Of a stretch of 64,000 nucleotides of DNA, positions 38,290 through 49,820 are shown in pieces; positions within the stretch are counted from its first letter, which is position 1; every line of letters starts with the position of its first letter. A program made the translations under genes and the position numbers. The stretch is from an uncultured Lentimicrobiaceae bacterium (lineage in GTDB: Bacteria > Bacteroidota > Bacteroidia > Bacteroidales > WCHB1-69): NCBI GenBank assembly GCA_964521105.1, contig CAZFPO010000006.1, positions 2,822-66,821 of the forward strand, in the 5' to 3' direction. The notes under the pieces are model-generated. The model was given only the letters and a program-made list of their open reading frames with translations. It made no database searches and was not told the DNA's origin.

Positions 38290-39852
38290 TTAGTCGACAT
38301 TATCGTGTAAAAATGGATTTTGACGTTTTATTTCAACTTCATTATCTTGTTTAATATCCATCAAAAACTCTGGATTTTCGTTTTCGTAATTGGGGTTAGT
38401 GCTACTCATCAAGAAGTTTTTTCTGCGAAATGCAGGAACGCTTTCAATGGCATCTAGCCCCTCGTTGGTTTTAATTTGCGAATTTGTTCTTCTCATTTCT
38501 TGAAGTCTTTCAAGTTCACTCATAGTAGTTTGAGTGTTTTGAACAGAATCTTCTTTTGGGGATTCTTGGTTATGGCGATCGTATGAAGGGGTAGGTTTAA
38601 TTTCAGTTATTTCAGATGGAGCAGCTGCGACATCGGTAATTGAAAAAGTGGGTTTTTCGCCTTCGTCAAAAAGGGTATGAATAGTAGGAGTGGTCGTTTT
38701 TTCTGGTAAAGATGGAGTTTCTTGAATAGTTTGAGCGGGTTGAGTGCTTACGGTGAAATTAGTTAATTCAGTTTTAGGAGATACTGCTGCTACTTTGATA
38801 TTATTAGTAAGTGTGTGATGTTTAGGGGTGTTTAATTGGTTATTGTCTGATGAATCAAAACCAGTAGCAATAAGGGTAACCGAAATATTGTTTTCCAAGC
38901 TAAGGTCGGGACCATATCCCCAAATTACATTAACATCAGCACCAGCTTCGGCAATTACAAAATCGGATATTTCATTTAATTCGTCCATTGTAATTTCGTC
39001 TTCACCAAAAGAAATATAAAGTAGGATGTCTTTTGCTCCAGTTATGTTGTTATCATTTAATAGAGGAGAATTTAGAGCTGCTTCAACAGCACGCATAGCT
39101 CTGTTTTCGCCTTCGGCAATACCCGATCCCATAATAGCCACACCACTGCCTTTCATAACGGTTTTAACATCTTCGAGGTCGACATTTATACCACCAACGC
39201 ACGTAATTAATTCGGCTATACTTTTTGCGGCAGTAGTTAAAATATCATCGGCTTTTCCAAACGCTTCTGTCATTTTAAGATTTCCGTACAATTCACGCAA
39301 TTTGTCGTTGCAAATAATTAAAAGAGCATCAACATTATCTTTAAGTTCTTTAATGCCGTCCTCGGCATACATACGGCGTTTACGACCCTCGAAGCCAAAA
39401 GGTATCGTAACAATTCCAACGGTAAGAATTCCCATTTCTTTGGCAATTTGAGCAATAACAGGTGCAGCACCTGTTCCTGTACCACCGCCCATACCAGCGG
39501 TAATAAAAACCATTTCGGTATTGTTTTCAATGGCTTTGCGGAGTTTATCAATATTTTCGAGTGCCGAATCGCGACCAACCGAAGGAATTGAACCAGCTCC
39601 AAGCCCTTTTAATCCAATTTGAATTTTATTTGGCACGGGATTAATATCTAACGATTGAGCATCAGTATTACAAACGATAAAATCTACCCCTTTAATTCCT
39701 TGTTCGTACATGTGTTTTACGGCATTGCAACCGCCCCCTCCAACACCAATTACTTTTATTATAGAAGATTGATTTTTAGGTAGTTCAAAGTTTAAAATCG
39801 CATCGTTTTGGCTAAATTCTTGGCTCATATCATCAAACATATTATGTGGCAT
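38290..39852 (-). CDS. ftsZ: Cell division protein FtsZ
   Basis: 520 aa. GVGGGGCNAV, GGGTGTGAAPVIA, long disordered linker, PAFRRK C-terminal peptide plus the phylum-typical ...FLHDNVD tail. Confidence 0.95.
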   Translation of the reverse strand: MPHNMFDDMSQEFSQNDAILNFELPKNQSSIIKVIGVGGGGCNAVKHMYEQGIKGVDFIVCNTDAQSLDINPVPNKIQIGLKGLGAGSIPSVGRDSALENIDKLRKAIENNTEMVFITAGMGGGTGTGAAPVIAQIAKEMGILTVGIVTIPFGFEGRKRRMYAEDGIKELKDNVDALLIICNDKLRELYGNLKMTEAFGKADDILTTAAKSIAELITCVGGINVDLEDVKTVMKGSGVAIMGSGIAEGENRAMRAVEAALNSPLLNDNNITGAKDILLYISFGEDEITMDELNEISDFVIAEAGADVNVIWGYGPDLSLENNISVTLIATGFDSSDNNQLNTPKHHTLTNNIKVAAVSPKTELTNFTVSTQPAQTIQETPSLPEKTTTPTIHTLFDEGEKPTFSITDVAAAPSEITEIKPTPSYDRHNQESPKEDSVQNTQTTMSELERLQEMRRTNSQIKTNEGLDAIESVPAFRRKNFLMSSTNPNYENENPEFLMDIKQDNEVEIKRQNPFLHDNVD

Positions 39853-39945
39853 ACTACAATTTTTTTATAAAATTATAAATAATCTATGGATTAACACGTA
39901 TTTAGATGTTGTTTTTTATTAACAAAATACTGTTAGTATTGATTT

Positions 39946-41262
39946 TTATTGAATTCCTTCGTCTCCCGAGAAAAGTTTTTTAAACATATCGGCTATTTTA
40001 CTTCCATTAAAGTCCGATGGAATTTTTGGAGTTTTTGGAGCTTTTTGTTTCTTATCCTTCTTGGAGTTTTTAGGGTCTTTGGGTTCATCTTCATTGTCAG
40101 ATGAGCTATATTTGTCCTTGAACCCTTCTAAAACCAATCCAATTCCAGTTGAGTATATCGGGGTTAATAGATCGGGTGAAATTTTATCGGATAAATGTTC
40201 GCTTGGAACTCCAATACGAACATCCATACCGGTAATAAATTCGGTAAGTTCTTTAATGTGTCGCATTTGAGAACCTCCACCTGTTAACACTATTCCAGCA
40301 ATTAGTTTTCGTTCGAGCCCGCTGTTTTTTATTTCGTAATAAACTTGCTCAATAATTTCTTCCACACGTGCTTGAATAATTCCGGCTAAACTTCGTAACG
40401 AAATTTCTTTTGGCGAACGTCCTTTTAAACCAGGAATTGCCACAATTTCATCATCGCGGTTTTGTTCGCTTAAGCAGGAACCATAACGGACTTTAAGAGC
40501 CTCGGCTTGGCTACGAATGATTGAACATCCTTCTTTGATATCTTCGGTAACTACATTTCCACCAAGAGGAATAACTGCGGTATGACGAACAATTTTATCG
40601 TGGAAAATTGCAATATCGCTGGTTCCACCACCAATATCTACTAATGCAACTCCTGCTTCTTTTTCCTCATCGCTTAACACACAACTTGCCGATGCCAATG
40701 GTTCAAGTAAAATTTGATCAACTTCGCAATTTACTTTTTGAACACAACGCATAATGTTTTGAATTGCACCAACATTGCCCGTTATAATGTGAAAGTTTGC
40801 GCCTAATTCAACGCCTGTCATTCCTATGGGGTTTGTTGTAATATTATCGCGATCAACAACAAACTCTTGTGGAATTACATTGATAATTTGTTCACCAGGT
40901 TTTACTACTAGTTTGTGCATATTGGCAATAAGCTGGTTAACATCTTCCTGCGAAATTTCATTTTCGGTATTCGTTCTTAAAATGGTACCTCGATGTTGCA
41001 AACTTTTTATGTGTTGCCCGGCAATTCCAACTACTACTGAGCCTATTTCAACTCCCGATTTTATCTCCGCTTCGCGAATAGCTGTTTGAATTGACATAAC
41101 CGCTTCGCCAATGTTGGATATTTGTCCGCGAGCTACTCCGGTCGACTCGGTTTTTCCTGAACCAATAATTTCTAATTTTCCATTTCGGTCTTTACGACCA
41201 ACTAAGACGGCAATCTTTGTTGTGCCAATGTCTAATCCTACAATTATTTCGTTGTTTTCCAT
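39946..41262 (-). CDS. ftsA: Cell division protein FtsA
   Basis: 438 aa. VGLDIGTTKIAVLVG, VDIGGGTSDIAIF, LTGGGSQM. Confidence 0.93.
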   Translation of the reverse strand: MENNEIIVGLDIGTTKIAVLVGRKDRNGKLEIIGSGKTESTGVARGQISNIGEAVMSIQTAIREAEIKSGVEIGSVVVGIAGQHIKSLQHRGTILRTNTENEISQEDVNQLIANMHKLVVKPGEQIINVIPQEFVVDRDNITTNPIGMTGVELGANFHIITGNVGAIQNIMRCVQKVNCEVDQILLEPLASASCVLSDEEKEAGVALVDIGGGTSDIAIFHDKIVRHTAVIPLGGNVVTEDIKEGCSIIRSQAEALKVRYGSCLSEQNRDDEIVAIPGLKGRSPKEISLRSLAGIIQARVEEIIEQVYYEIKNSGLERKLIAGIVLTGGGSQMRHIKELTEFITGMDVRIGVPSEHLSDKISPDLLTPIYSTGIGLVLEGFKDKYSSSDNEDEPKDPKNSKKDKKQKAPKTPKIPSDFNGSKIADMFKKLFSGDEGIQ

Positions 41263-41266
41263 ATTA

Positions 41267-42052
41267 TTATTGTTTTCTTGTACAAACCACTTGATTTTTA
41301 AATTTTAAATTAATTATACTGTATTTATCCCAGCCAACCTTTTGAAAACCCTGACTATACATAACTTCCAAGTTTTCAAATTTTGACTCTAAATTGTCAA
41401 TATCGCCCAATATTATTAAATGGTCGCCAACCCTCGGAATTAATTCAATTTCATTGTTTTCGTTTATATAAATTTGATCAATTAATGCTTTTAAAAAAGT
41501 ATTTTCGTTTAATACCATGGCGGTTTTCCATATTTTGTAAAGAACATAATTATCCATGGTGTTATCGTTCGAGATATAGTCTTTTAGGGTAACTAATGAA
41601 CTATATCGTTGTTTAATTTCTCCTGATGCAACCACCACTCTTTCATTGCCAAATTTTGAAATGGGCATTAGTTTTTTGTCGTATGTAATGTAATACGATT
41701 CACCTTTTTTGGGAAAAACTCGAACTAAAGGTTTTTTTTGTTTAACTTGAATGTTAATATTTCCGTTTAAATCAAGCGAAACTTCTGCATTTTCAACAAA
41801 TGGATTCGATTTAATATTCGATTCGATGAGTTCGATGTTTATTTCTGACGATTTTGTGTTTTTGATTTCTGGGTATAATTTATCTACAATTGATAAGATA
41901 TCGGTATCGGTGATAAATGGGCTTGCGTTTTCGTAATTAATATGAACAAAAGCTCCTTTACATAGCTGTTTGCTGTGAATTATTATGGTTAATATAACTC
42001 CAATAATAATTATAGTGGAAATAATTGATAGTATTATAATTTTCTTTTTCAT
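41267..42052 (-). CDS. ftsQ: Cell division protein FtsQ
   Basis: 261 aa. Single N-terminal TM helix, POTRA-like region, position between murC and ftsA. Confidence 0.65.
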   Translation of the reverse strand: MKKKIIILSIISTIIIIGVILTIIIHSKQLCKGAFVHINYENASPFITDTDILSIVDKLYPEIKNTKSSEINIELIESNIKSNPFVENAEVSLDLNGNINIQVKQKKPLVRVFPKKGESYYITYDKKLMPISKFGNERVVVASGEIKQRYSSLVTLKDYISNDNTMDNYVLYKIWKTAMVLNENTFLKALIDQIYINENNEIELIPRVGDHLIILGDIDNLESKFENLEVMYSQGFQKVGWDKYSIINLKFKNQVVCTRKQ

Positions 42053-43419
42053 GACTTATATTTCATTTCCAAATAACTTTTCACATCTTTTACCATTATG
42101 TCGATGCTCCCAGCTCCCATCATAACAATAATATCCTGAGTTGAATTATGAAGTTCTTGGATTAGTTTTGAATTTTCTATGCAAACCTTTGATTTCATCG
42201 GCACTTTGTTTAATAGCCACGAAGATGTGATTCCTTCAATTGGCAATTCCCTTGCTGGATAAATATCGAGCAAAATTAGGTTGTCGGCAATGGCTAAACT
42301 TTTTGCAAAATCATCGGCAAAATCGCGTGTTCGGCTAAATAAGTGAGGTTGAAAAACAGCCGTAATTTTATGATTAGGATATAAGGTTTTAATAGAATTT
42401 AAGCAGGTAGAAATTTCGGTAGGGTGGTGAGCATAATCGTCTATTAACAAAATGTTTTTATTTTGAAAAATAGTTTCAAATCTACGATGAACACCTTTAA
42501 AGGAGTTTAATGCATTTCCTAATTTAAAAGCATCTACTTCGGTTGAAACTAATATCGAAGCACAGGCAGCTATTGCATTTTCCAAATTATGTAAACCTGG
42601 AACGCCATAATGTAAGTTTTTATAAAGTTTATTTTTGAACCTTAAATCAAATTGATAATATCCATCTACGATATGAATATTTTCGGCGAAAATATCTGCA
42701 GAATTATCAGAAACAGAATAACTTAAAAATGTTACTCCATCAATTTTTTGAATTTCTACTTTTTTATTGTAAATTAAATATCCTCCCTTTTTTATTTGTT
42801 TAAAAAAGGTATCAAACGATTTTTTTAACTCAATAGCTGAACCGTAAATGTCTAAATGGTCTGCTTCGATAGATGTAACGATGGCAATATTGGGGTGAAG
42901 GGTTAAAAATGAGCGATCAAATTCATCAGCTTCAACTATAAAAGTTTCTGCTTGGTTATTAAACACATAATTTGAATTAAAATTTAAAGATATTCCGCCA
43001 ATAAATGCGTTAATTTTAAGTCCCATTTCATTAAATAAATGAGCACAAGCCGAGGTGGTTGTTGTTTTTCCGTGTGTTCCTGAAATAGCAATCGTTTTAT
43101 AATCATTTGTAATATAACCCAGAATCTCGGATCGTTTAAGCATTTTTATTTTGTTTTTGATAAAAAAGTTAAACTCGTTATGCGATTTTGGAATGGCAGG
43201 TGTATAAATTACTAAATCAATATTTTTCGGAATCAGTTTTACATCGTCTGTAAAATGGATTTTTATTCCTAAACTAATTAGTTCATCGGTTATTATCGAA
43301 GACGTAAGGTCATATCCTGAAACACTTGCCCCTTTGCCCAAAAAATATTTAGCAAGGGCACTCATTCCAATGCCACCAATCCCTAGTAGATAAACCGATT
43401 TCACTTGTTCAAAAACCAT
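42049..43419 (-). CDS. murC: UDP-N-acetylmuramate--L-alanine ligase
   Basis: 456 aa. GIGGIGMSALA, ISGTHGKTTTT. Confidence 0.92.
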   Translation of the reverse strand: MVFEQVKSVYLLGIGGIGMSALAKYFLGKGASVSGYDLTSSIITDELISLGIKIHFTDDVKLIPKNIDLVIYTPAIPKSHNEFNFFIKNKIKMLKRSEILGYITNDYKTIAISGTHGKTTTTSACAHLFNEMGLKINAFIGGISLNFNSNYVFNNQAETFIVEADEFDRSFLTLHPNIAIVTSIEADHLDIYGSAIELKKSFDTFFKQIKKGGYLIYNKKVEIQKIDGVTFLSYSVSDNSADIFAENIHIVDGYYQFDLRFKNKLYKNLHYGVPGLHNLENAIAACASILVSTEVDAFKLGNALNSFKGVHRRFETIFQNKNILLIDDYAHHPTEISTCLNSIKTLYPNHKITAVFQPHLFSRTRDFADDFAKSLAIADNLILLDIYPARELPIEGITSSWLLNKVPMKSKVCIENSKLIQELHNSTQDIIVMMGAGSIDIMVKDVKSYLEMKYKS

Positions 43420-43422
43420 CTA

Positions 43423-44535
43423 TTATTTTTCTTTTTTAAGTGAATAAATTTCATTTACAATATTTTCGAGTGCATTAGGATAGCCAAATTGACGAATGTT
43501 TTTAGATAATTCTGACATTTTTTGATTGTCGTTTATCGTTTCAATAATTGTATCACCAAGATTTTTTATTGCATCGCTATCAGATATTAAAATAGCGGCA
43601 TTTTTATTAGATAAAACCATTGCATTTTTTGTTTGATGGTCGCCCGAAACATTTGGAGAGGGTATTAAAATACAAGGTTTTCCTAAACATGAAAGCTCGG
43701 AAATAGAAATTGCACCAGCTCGTGAAATTATAAGGTCGGCTATGCTATACAAATAATCCATTCTGTCAACAAATGGCATAATTTTAATAGTACCATTTAA
43801 CAAGCTCTGGTCTGCTTCAAAAAAGTGTGTATAGTATTTTTCGCCGGTTTGCCAAATTAATTGTAGATGCTCTTCTTTAATTTTCATTAAAGAAGCCTCA
43901 ATACTCACATTCATGGTTTTTGAGCCCAAACTACCACCAATAATTGCAATAGTTTTTTTATTTGGGTCGAGTTTAAAAAACTCGTATGCTTCGCTCATCT
44001 TATTGTTAATTAAAGAGATATCGCTACGGATAGGATTTCCAGTAATTACAATTTTTTTAGGAGGAAAATACTTGTCAACTTCTTGATAAGCAGCGCAAAT
44101 TTTATCCACTTTTGGTGCTAACATTCGGTTGGTTACACCAGGGAAAGAATTTTGTTCTTGAATAAGTGTAGGAATTTTTTGAAGCACAGCCATTTTTAAT
44201 GTTGGTCCGCTAGCAAAACCACCAACTCCAATCACAACATCGGGTTTAAATCGTTTAACAATCCAATACGCATGAATTAAACTTCCAATTAAGCGGAACG
44301 GAAATATCATGTTTTTTAGAATGTTTGTTAAGCTTAGTTGACGTTGAAATCCGCTAATATTTAATCCAATAATTTTGTAACCTGCTTTTGGGATACGTGT
44401 CATTTCCATTCGTCCTTTAGCACCTACAAAAAGTATTTCGGCATCTTCTTCTCTGTTTTTAATTGCATTTGCAATTGCTATAGCAGGGAAAATATGCCCT
44501 CCTGTGCCACCACCACTAATCAGATATCGGCTCAT
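43423..44535 (-). CDS. murG: Undecaprenyldiphospho-muramoylpentapeptide beta-N-acetylglucosaminyltransferase
   Basis: 370 aa. GGGTGGHIFPAIAIA, RAGAISISEL, QTKNA. Confidence 0.92.
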   Translation of the reverse strand: MSRYLISGGGTGGHIFPAIAIANAIKNREEDAEILFVGAKGRMEMTRIPKAGYKIIGLNISGFQRQLSLTNILKNMIFPFRLIGSLIHAYWIVKRFKPDVVIGVGGFASGPTLKMAVLQKIPTLIQEQNSFPGVTNRMLAPKVDKICAAYQEVDKYFPPKKIVITGNPIRSDISLINNKMSEAYEFFKLDPNKKTIAIIGGSLGSKTMNVSIEASLMKIKEEHLQLIWQTGEKYYTHFFEADQSLLNGTIKIMPFVDRMDYLYSIADLIISRAGAISISELSCLGKPCILIPSPNVSGDHQTKNAMVLSNKNAAILISDSDAIKNLGDTIIETINDNQKMSELSKNIRQFGYPNALENIVNEIYSLKKEK

Positions 44536-45751
44536 CTTCTATTTTTTGGTTTTTATTTGAAATAACATTTTTTGCTTTTGCTGGTTCTTTTATTGCTTCG
44601 GTATCTTCGTTTTCAACCTCTTTACTAATACTTAATAAAATTCCAAACGAGATACTTGTAAACCATAACGAAGTTCCTCCCATACTTACTAATGGCAGAG
44701 GTTGACCAGTTACTGGAATTAAATTTACAGCTACTGCCATGTTCACCATCGCTTGCAATACAATTATAAAACTTAATCCAACCGACAGAAAAGCCCCAAA
44801 TGAACCTGGGCTTTTTACCGCAATATTTACTCCTCTGAACAATAAAATCATATACATAAGTACTATTAATAGCCCTCCCAAAATTCCGTATTCTTCAACA
44901 ATAATTGCAAAAATAAAATCGGAATAGGGGTGAGGTAAAAAATTTCGTTGGGTGCTATTACCTGGACCTTTTCCAAGTGGATAACCGCTTGCAATGGCTA
45001 TTTTTGCTTGTTCAGCTTGGAAGTTTGAACTTGTTTCTTCACCTTGTTCGTTGGTTTTTTCAACACCTCGGAAAGTATCTATACGTTTTTTCCATGTACC
45101 AACCCTTCCCTGATTAGGACTATTCATTACAACAACAACGAAGATTATAAACATAACTACAACCGCACCAACCACTTTCATTAAATCTATAAATTTGGCT
45201 CTACCCACAAACATCATTACCATACACGTTAAAAATAGCAAGGCTGCGGTTGAAAAATTTGCAGGTAAAATAAGCCCGCAAACAGGTATTATCCAGTAAA
45301 ATGCGCGAATAAATCCAGTTTTAAACTCCTTAATGGTGTCCTGATTTTTGGTTAAATAGTAAGCTAGAAAAATCACGGTTGCGAGTTTTGCAAAATCGGA
45401 GGTTTGAAACGTTAAATTTATTATGGGAATAACCATCCACCTGCTTGCTTCGTTAATTTCGGAACCCGAAAAGAGTGTGAAAACTAGCATTGGTAAAGTA
45501 ATTATGATGAGTAGTTTAGCAAATTTTGCATAAAAAGTATATTTTAATAAATGACAAACATACATGAACCCTAATCCAAATATCATGATAGCAAAGTGTC
45601 TAACTAAGTAATATTCAGTATTTCCTGCTTGCTTTCGATAAGCTAAAGCACCCGTTGAACTATAAACAGCCAACATGGAAATAATCGAGAGAATTAGAAC
45701 AACCCCCCAAATTACTTTATCGCCTTTAATTTTTGAAAAAAATTGGTTCAT
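44516..45751 (-). CDS. ftsW: FtsW/SEDS family peptidoglycan glycosyltransferase
   Basis: 411 aa, polytopic. PSDFAKL-like SDFAKLA, TGQPLPLVSMGGTS. Confidence 0.88.
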   Translation of the reverse strand: MNQFFSKIKGDKVIWGVVLILSIISMLAVYSSTGALAYRKQAGNTEYYLVRHFAIMIFGLGFMYVCHLLKYTFYAKFAKLLIIITLPMLVFTLFSGSEINEASRWMVIPIINLTFQTSDFAKLATVIFLAYYLTKNQDTIKEFKTGFIRAFYWIIPVCGLILPANFSTAALLFLTCMVMMFVGRAKFIDLMKVVGAVVVMFIIFVVVVMNSPNQGRVGTWKKRIDTFRGVEKTNEQGEETSSNFQAEQAKIAIASGYPLGKGPGNSTQRNFLPHPYSDFIFAIIVEEYGILGGLLIVLMYMILLFRGVNIAVKSPGSFGAFLSVGLSFIIVLQAMVNMAVAVNLIPVTGQPLPLVSMGGTSLWFTSISFGILLSISKEVENEDTEAIKEPAKAKNVISNKNQKIEDEPISD

Positions 45752-45761
45752 TTTTATTATT

Positions 45762-47099
45762 TTATAATTCGGCTACTTCTTTTTTAAATGCTAAACCTCT
45801 ATCTTCAAAATTTTCGAATAAATCGAAACTAGCGCAAGCAGGCGATAATAAAACAACATCGCCTTTTAATGCTGAATAATATGCTTTAGTAACCGCTTCA
45901 TTCATCGATTCGGTTTCAAAAATTTCGGGTACAACTCCCTTAAATGCTCGAACAAGAGGTGCGTTATTTTTTCCTAAACAAATTAAAAGTTTTACTTTCT
46001 GGCGAGCTAGCTCAGTAAGCGAGCTGTAATCGTTTCCTTTATCAATTCCACCAGCAATCCAAATAACCGGTTTATTCATCGATTCTAAACCATACCAGGT
46101 TGAATTAACGTTTGTAGCTTTTGAGTCATTAATAAAGTCAACTCCTCTAACAGTAGTTACATACTCTAAGCGATGTTCTACACCTTCAAAATCGGTCAAG
46201 CTCTCTCTAATTTTTTCCTTTCTTACATCAACTAATTTTGCCCCAATAGACGCAGCCATTGAATTTTGCAAAAAATGCTTGCCCTGAAGTGCTAGTTTTT
46301 CGATACTCATTGTACTTATTTTTTTATTAATTTGTATTACTAATTCATTGTTTTCAATCCATGCTCCATTACCCTCAAACTTTGTAAGTTGAGAATAAGG
46401 CACGCATTGACTTATAATATTTTGTTTTTCAATTGCTTGTCGAAGAATTGGGTCATCGTAATAATAGATTAACCAGTCGTTTTGACTTTGATTTTGAAGT
46501 ATTCGCAACTTTGAATCAATATAATTATCCATCGATTTATATCTATCAAGATGGTCGGGAGTGATGTTTGTAATTATTGCAATATCCGCTTTAAATTGGT
46601 ACATGTTATCGAGTTGAAAACTACTAATTTCCAACACATTAAAATCGTAATTTTGACGTAGCAATCCATTGGCGAAACTAATTCCAATATTGCCACCCAT
46701 AAATACATTTTCATACTCTTTTTTTAGCATGTGAGCCAAGAGCATAGTTGTAGTAGTTTTTCCGTTGCTACCGGTGATGCAAATATTTTTGCCCGTTGCA
46801 TATCTTCCTGCAAATTCAATTTCGGAAATTACTGGTATATTTTTGTTCAAACATTTTGAAATAATATCTGCAGAGTCAGGTATTCCTGGACTTTTAATTA
46901 TTTCGTTTGAACTTAATATTCTTTCGTAGTTATGGTTTTTTTCTTCGAAAGCAATCTCATTATGTAAAAGAACGTCTTTGTATTTTTGTTTAATTAATCC
47001 TTTGTCCGAAACCCAAACTTCAAACCCCTCTTTTTTTGCCAATAATGCTGCTCCAATTCCACTTTCGCCCGCTCCAATAACAGCAATTTTTTTGAGCAT
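45762..47099 (-). CDS. murD: UDP-N-acetylmuramoylalanine--D-glutamate ligase
   Basis: 445 aa. IGAGESGIGAA, ITGSNGKTTTT. Confidence 0.92.
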   Translation of the reverse strand: MLKKIAVIGAGESGIGAALLAKKEGFEVWVSDKGLIKQKYKDVLLHNEIAFEEKNHNYERILSSNEIIKSPGIPDSADIISKCLNKNIPVISEIEFAGRYATGKNICITGSNGKTTTTMLLAHMLKKEYENVFMGGNIGISFANGLLRQNYDFNVLEISSFQLDNMYQFKADIAIITNITPDHLDRYKSMDNYIDSKLRILQNQSQNDWLIYYYDDPILRQAIEKQNIISQCVPYSQLTKFEGNGAWIENNELVIQINKKISTMSIEKLALQGKHFLQNSMAASIGAKLVDVRKEKIRESLTDFEGVEHRLEYVTTVRGVDFINDSKATNVNSTWYGLESMNKPVIWIAGGIDKGNDYSSLTELARQKVKLLICLGKNNAPLVRAFKGVVPEIFETESMNEAVTKAYYSALKGDVVLLSPACASFDLFENFEDRGLAFKKEVAEL

Positions 47100-47100
47100 T

Positions 47101-48354
47101 TTATCGTAATTTTAAGGTTACAACCGTTAGAATTGCTAATAAAATTCCAACTATCATAAATCGCATTACGATTTTAGCTTCGTGATACCCCTTTTTTTGA
47201 TAGTGATGATGAAGGGGCGACATTAAAAAAATTCGCCTACCCTCGCCAAACTTTATCCGAGTATATTTAAACCAGCTTACCTGAATCATTACCGATAATG
47301 TTTGAGCGAAAAACACACCACACAAAATGGGTATTAAAAGCTCTTTTCGGATAATAATTGCAAATACAGCGATAATTCCTCCAATTGTTAAACTGCCGGT
47401 ATCGCCCATAAAAACTTGAGCCGGAAATGTATTATACCATAAAAATCCGATACATGCCCCGATAAATGCACTAATAAAAATGGCAAGTTCGCCCGTAAAT
47501 GGGATATACATAATGTTTAAGTAATTTGCAAAAACAATGTTGCCCGAAACATAAGCTAAAATGCCAAGTGTTGCTCCTATTATGGCTGAAGTTCCGGTAG
47601 CCAATCCATCAATCCCATCGGTTAAATTGGCACCATTTGATACCGCAGTAATTATAAAAATTACAATAGGAATAAAGATTAAAAATCCCCATTTTTCATA
47701 TCCTTCACCTAAAAATTTTAAGGGGTCGGAATAATTTAACTCGTTATTTTTTACAAAAGGAATCGTGGTTTTTGTCGATTTTACTGATTTTGGAGAGTAA
47801 ATAGCAGGGGAGGTTTTATAACTTTCAACCTTAAACATGTTTTCGGCTTGGATGTATTTTTGGTTATTTACTTTCTCTTTAATAACCACGTCTGGATGAA
47901 AAAACATTACCGCTCCCACTATAGCTCCTAAAGTTATTTGTCCAATTATTTTAAATTTGCCCGACAAACCTTTTTTATCCTTTTTGAAAACTTTAATATA
48001 ATCATCAATAAAGCCTAAAACGCCAAGCCATATTGTAGTAAAAATCATGAGCTGAATGTAGATGTTATTCAGTTTTGCAAAAAGCAGAACAGGGATTAAA
48101 ATTGCAGCAATAATTATCAGCCCTCCCATGGTTGGAGTGCCTTTTTTTTGCATTTGACCATCTAAACCTAAATCACGAATTGATTCTCCTACTTGTTTTT
48201 TTCGAAGATATCCGATAATGCTTTTGCCAATTATTATGGTAATAATTAATGATGTAATTATGGCTGCGGCTGCTCGAAACGATATGTATTGAAAAACACC
48301 GGTTCCGGGAATATGTAGCGTTTTGTCCATCCATTCAAATACGTAATACAGCAT
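47101..48354 (-). CDS. mraY: Phospho-N-acetylmuramoyl-pentapeptide transferase
   Basis: 417 aa. [26 protein letters not shown]. Confidence 0.93.
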   Translation of the reverse strand: MLYYVFEWMDKTLHIPGTGVFQYISFRAAAAIITSLIITIIIGKSIIGYLRKKQVGESIRDLGLDGQMQKKGTPTMGGLIIIAAILIPVLLFAKLNNIYIQLMIFTTIWLGVLGFIDDYIKVFKKDKKGLSGKFKIIGQITLGAIVGAVMFFHPDVVIKEKVNNQKYIQAENMFKVESYKTSPAIYSPKSVKSTKTTIPFVKNNELNYSDPLKFLGEGYEKWGFLIFIPIVIFIITAVSNGANLTDGIDGLATGTSAIIGATLGILAYVSGNIVFANYLNIMYIPFTGELAIFISAFIGACIGFLWYNTFPAQVFMGDTGSLTIGGIIAVFAIIIRKELLIPILCGVFFAQTLSVMIQVSWFKYTRIKFGEGRRIFLMSPLHHHYQKKGYHEAKIVMRFMIVGILLAILTVVTLKLR

Positions 48355-48363
48355 AATATTTTT

Positions 48364-49815
48364 TTAATTAGTTAATGATTTTAATAATTCTTCTTTATCG
48401 TCAAAATGAGTTTTCACTCCCTTTATTTCTTGGTATTTTTCATGTCCTTTGCCTGCCACTAAAACAATATCACCTTTATTAGCAATTAAACAGGCCGTTT
48501 TTATAGCTTCGTGTCGATTTTCAATAACCAAAACTTTTTTGTTTGAGTAAGTTGGAATACCTTTTTGCATTTGTTCAAGAATAATATTTGGGTCTTCAAA
48601 TCGAGGATTGTCGGAAGTTAAAATAGTAATTTCGCTCATTTCATAAGCAATTGAAGCCATTATGGGGCGTTTTTCAGCATCTCGGTTTCCTCCACAACCA
48701 ATAACAGTAATTACTTTTTCGGCACCCGAACGAATGTCGTGAATTGTATTTAAAACGTTTTTCAGTGCGTCAGGGGTGTGGGCATAATCAACTATAGCTG
48801 CAATTTCACGAGGATTTGCAATATATTCAAATCGTCCCTCTGCGGGCATTAGCCCACTCATTTTTTCTAAAATTTCCAGCGTTTCATATCCTAGCAAACG
48901 AGCGGTTGAATATACAGCCATAATGTTATAAGCATTAAATTCGCCAACTAACGAAAACCAGACATCTTGGTCGTCAATTAATAAATGTAATCCGTCGAAT
49001 GAATTTTCTAAAATTTTGCAATTAAAATCGGCTAATGATTCTACACTGTACGTGTGTTTTAATGCTTTTGTATTTTGAAGCATCACTAACCCATTTCTGT
49101 CATCGATGTTTGTTATCGCAAAGGCACTAGAATTTAATTCATCAAAAAAAGTTTTTTTCGCTTTTAGGTATGCGTCAAATGTTTTATGATAATCGAGGTG
49201 ATCGTGGGTTAAATTGCTAAAAACACCTCCTTTAAAAGTTAATCCGGAAATCCGATTTTGTACAACTGCATGTGAACTAACTTCCATAAAACAATATTCA
49301 CAACCTTCACTAACCATATCGGCAAGTAATTTATTTAATGTTATAGCGTCGGGTGTGGTGTGTGTGGAAGGAATGGTTAAATCGTTAATTTTATTTTCAA
49401 CGGTTGAAAGCATACCACACGATATATTCATTTGACGAAATAGTTTGTGTAGTAGCGTTACCGTAGTGGTTTTGCCATTTGTGCCTGTAACCCCAATTAA
49501 ATGAAGTTGTTCGGAAGGATTTGCATAATAAGCACTAGCGATTTTGCCTAATGCTTCGGCTGAGTTTTGTACTTGAATGTAAGTAATGCTACTTTTTATT
49601 TCGGTTGGTAACGTTTCGCAAACTACTGCTATAGCTCCTTTTGCAATACATTCATTAATGAAGTCATGACCATTAGAGGTTGTTCCCTGTTGAGCAACAT
49701 ATAAGCAATTTTCGCCCGCCTTACGTGAATCAAAGCAAATAAAGTCAATAGGAATATTAATATTTCCTTTTACTGACAGGATTGTTATGTTATGAATTAG
49801 CTCATTGAGTATCAT
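48364..49815 (-). CDS. murE: UDP-N-acetylmuramoyl-L-alanyl-D-glutamate--2,6-diaminopimelate ligase
   Basis: 483 aa. GVTGTNGKTT and the DNPR motif (TSDNPRFEDP) typical of meso-DAP-adding enzymes. Confidence 0.92.
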   Translation of the reverse strand: MILNELIHNITILSVKGNINIPIDFICFDSRKAGENCLYVAQQGTTSNGHDFINECIAKGAIAVVCETLPTEIKSSITYIQVQNSAEALGKIASAYYANPSEQLHLIGVTGTNGKTTTVTLLHKLFRQMNISCGMLSTVENKINDLTIPSTHTTPDAITLNKLLADMVSEGCEYCFMEVSSHAVVQNRISGLTFKGGVFSNLTHDHLDYHKTFDAYLKAKKTFFDELNSSAFAITNIDDRNGLVMLQNTKALKHTYSVESLADFNCKILENSFDGLHLLIDDQDVWFSLVGEFNAYNIMAVYSTARLLGYETLEILEKMSGLMPAEGRFEYIANPREIAAIVDYAHTPDALKNVLNTIHDIRSGAEKVITVIGCGGNRDAEKRPIMASIAYEMSEITILTSDNPRFEDPNIILEQMQKGIPTYSNKKVLVIENRHEAIKTACLIANKGDIVLVAGKGHEKYQEIKGVKTHFDDKEELLKSLTN

Positions 49816-49820
49816 GGATA

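Noticed and set aside
39026-39451. 141-aa plus-strand ORF, and similar tracked ORFs at 38828-39019, 39318-39602, 40061-40270, 40826-41089 and 41111-41308
   Set aside because: They lie entirely inside ftsZ and ftsA on the opposite strand or in an alternative frame. They have low-complexity, odd composition and no start context. They are shadow ORFs of strongly supported genes.
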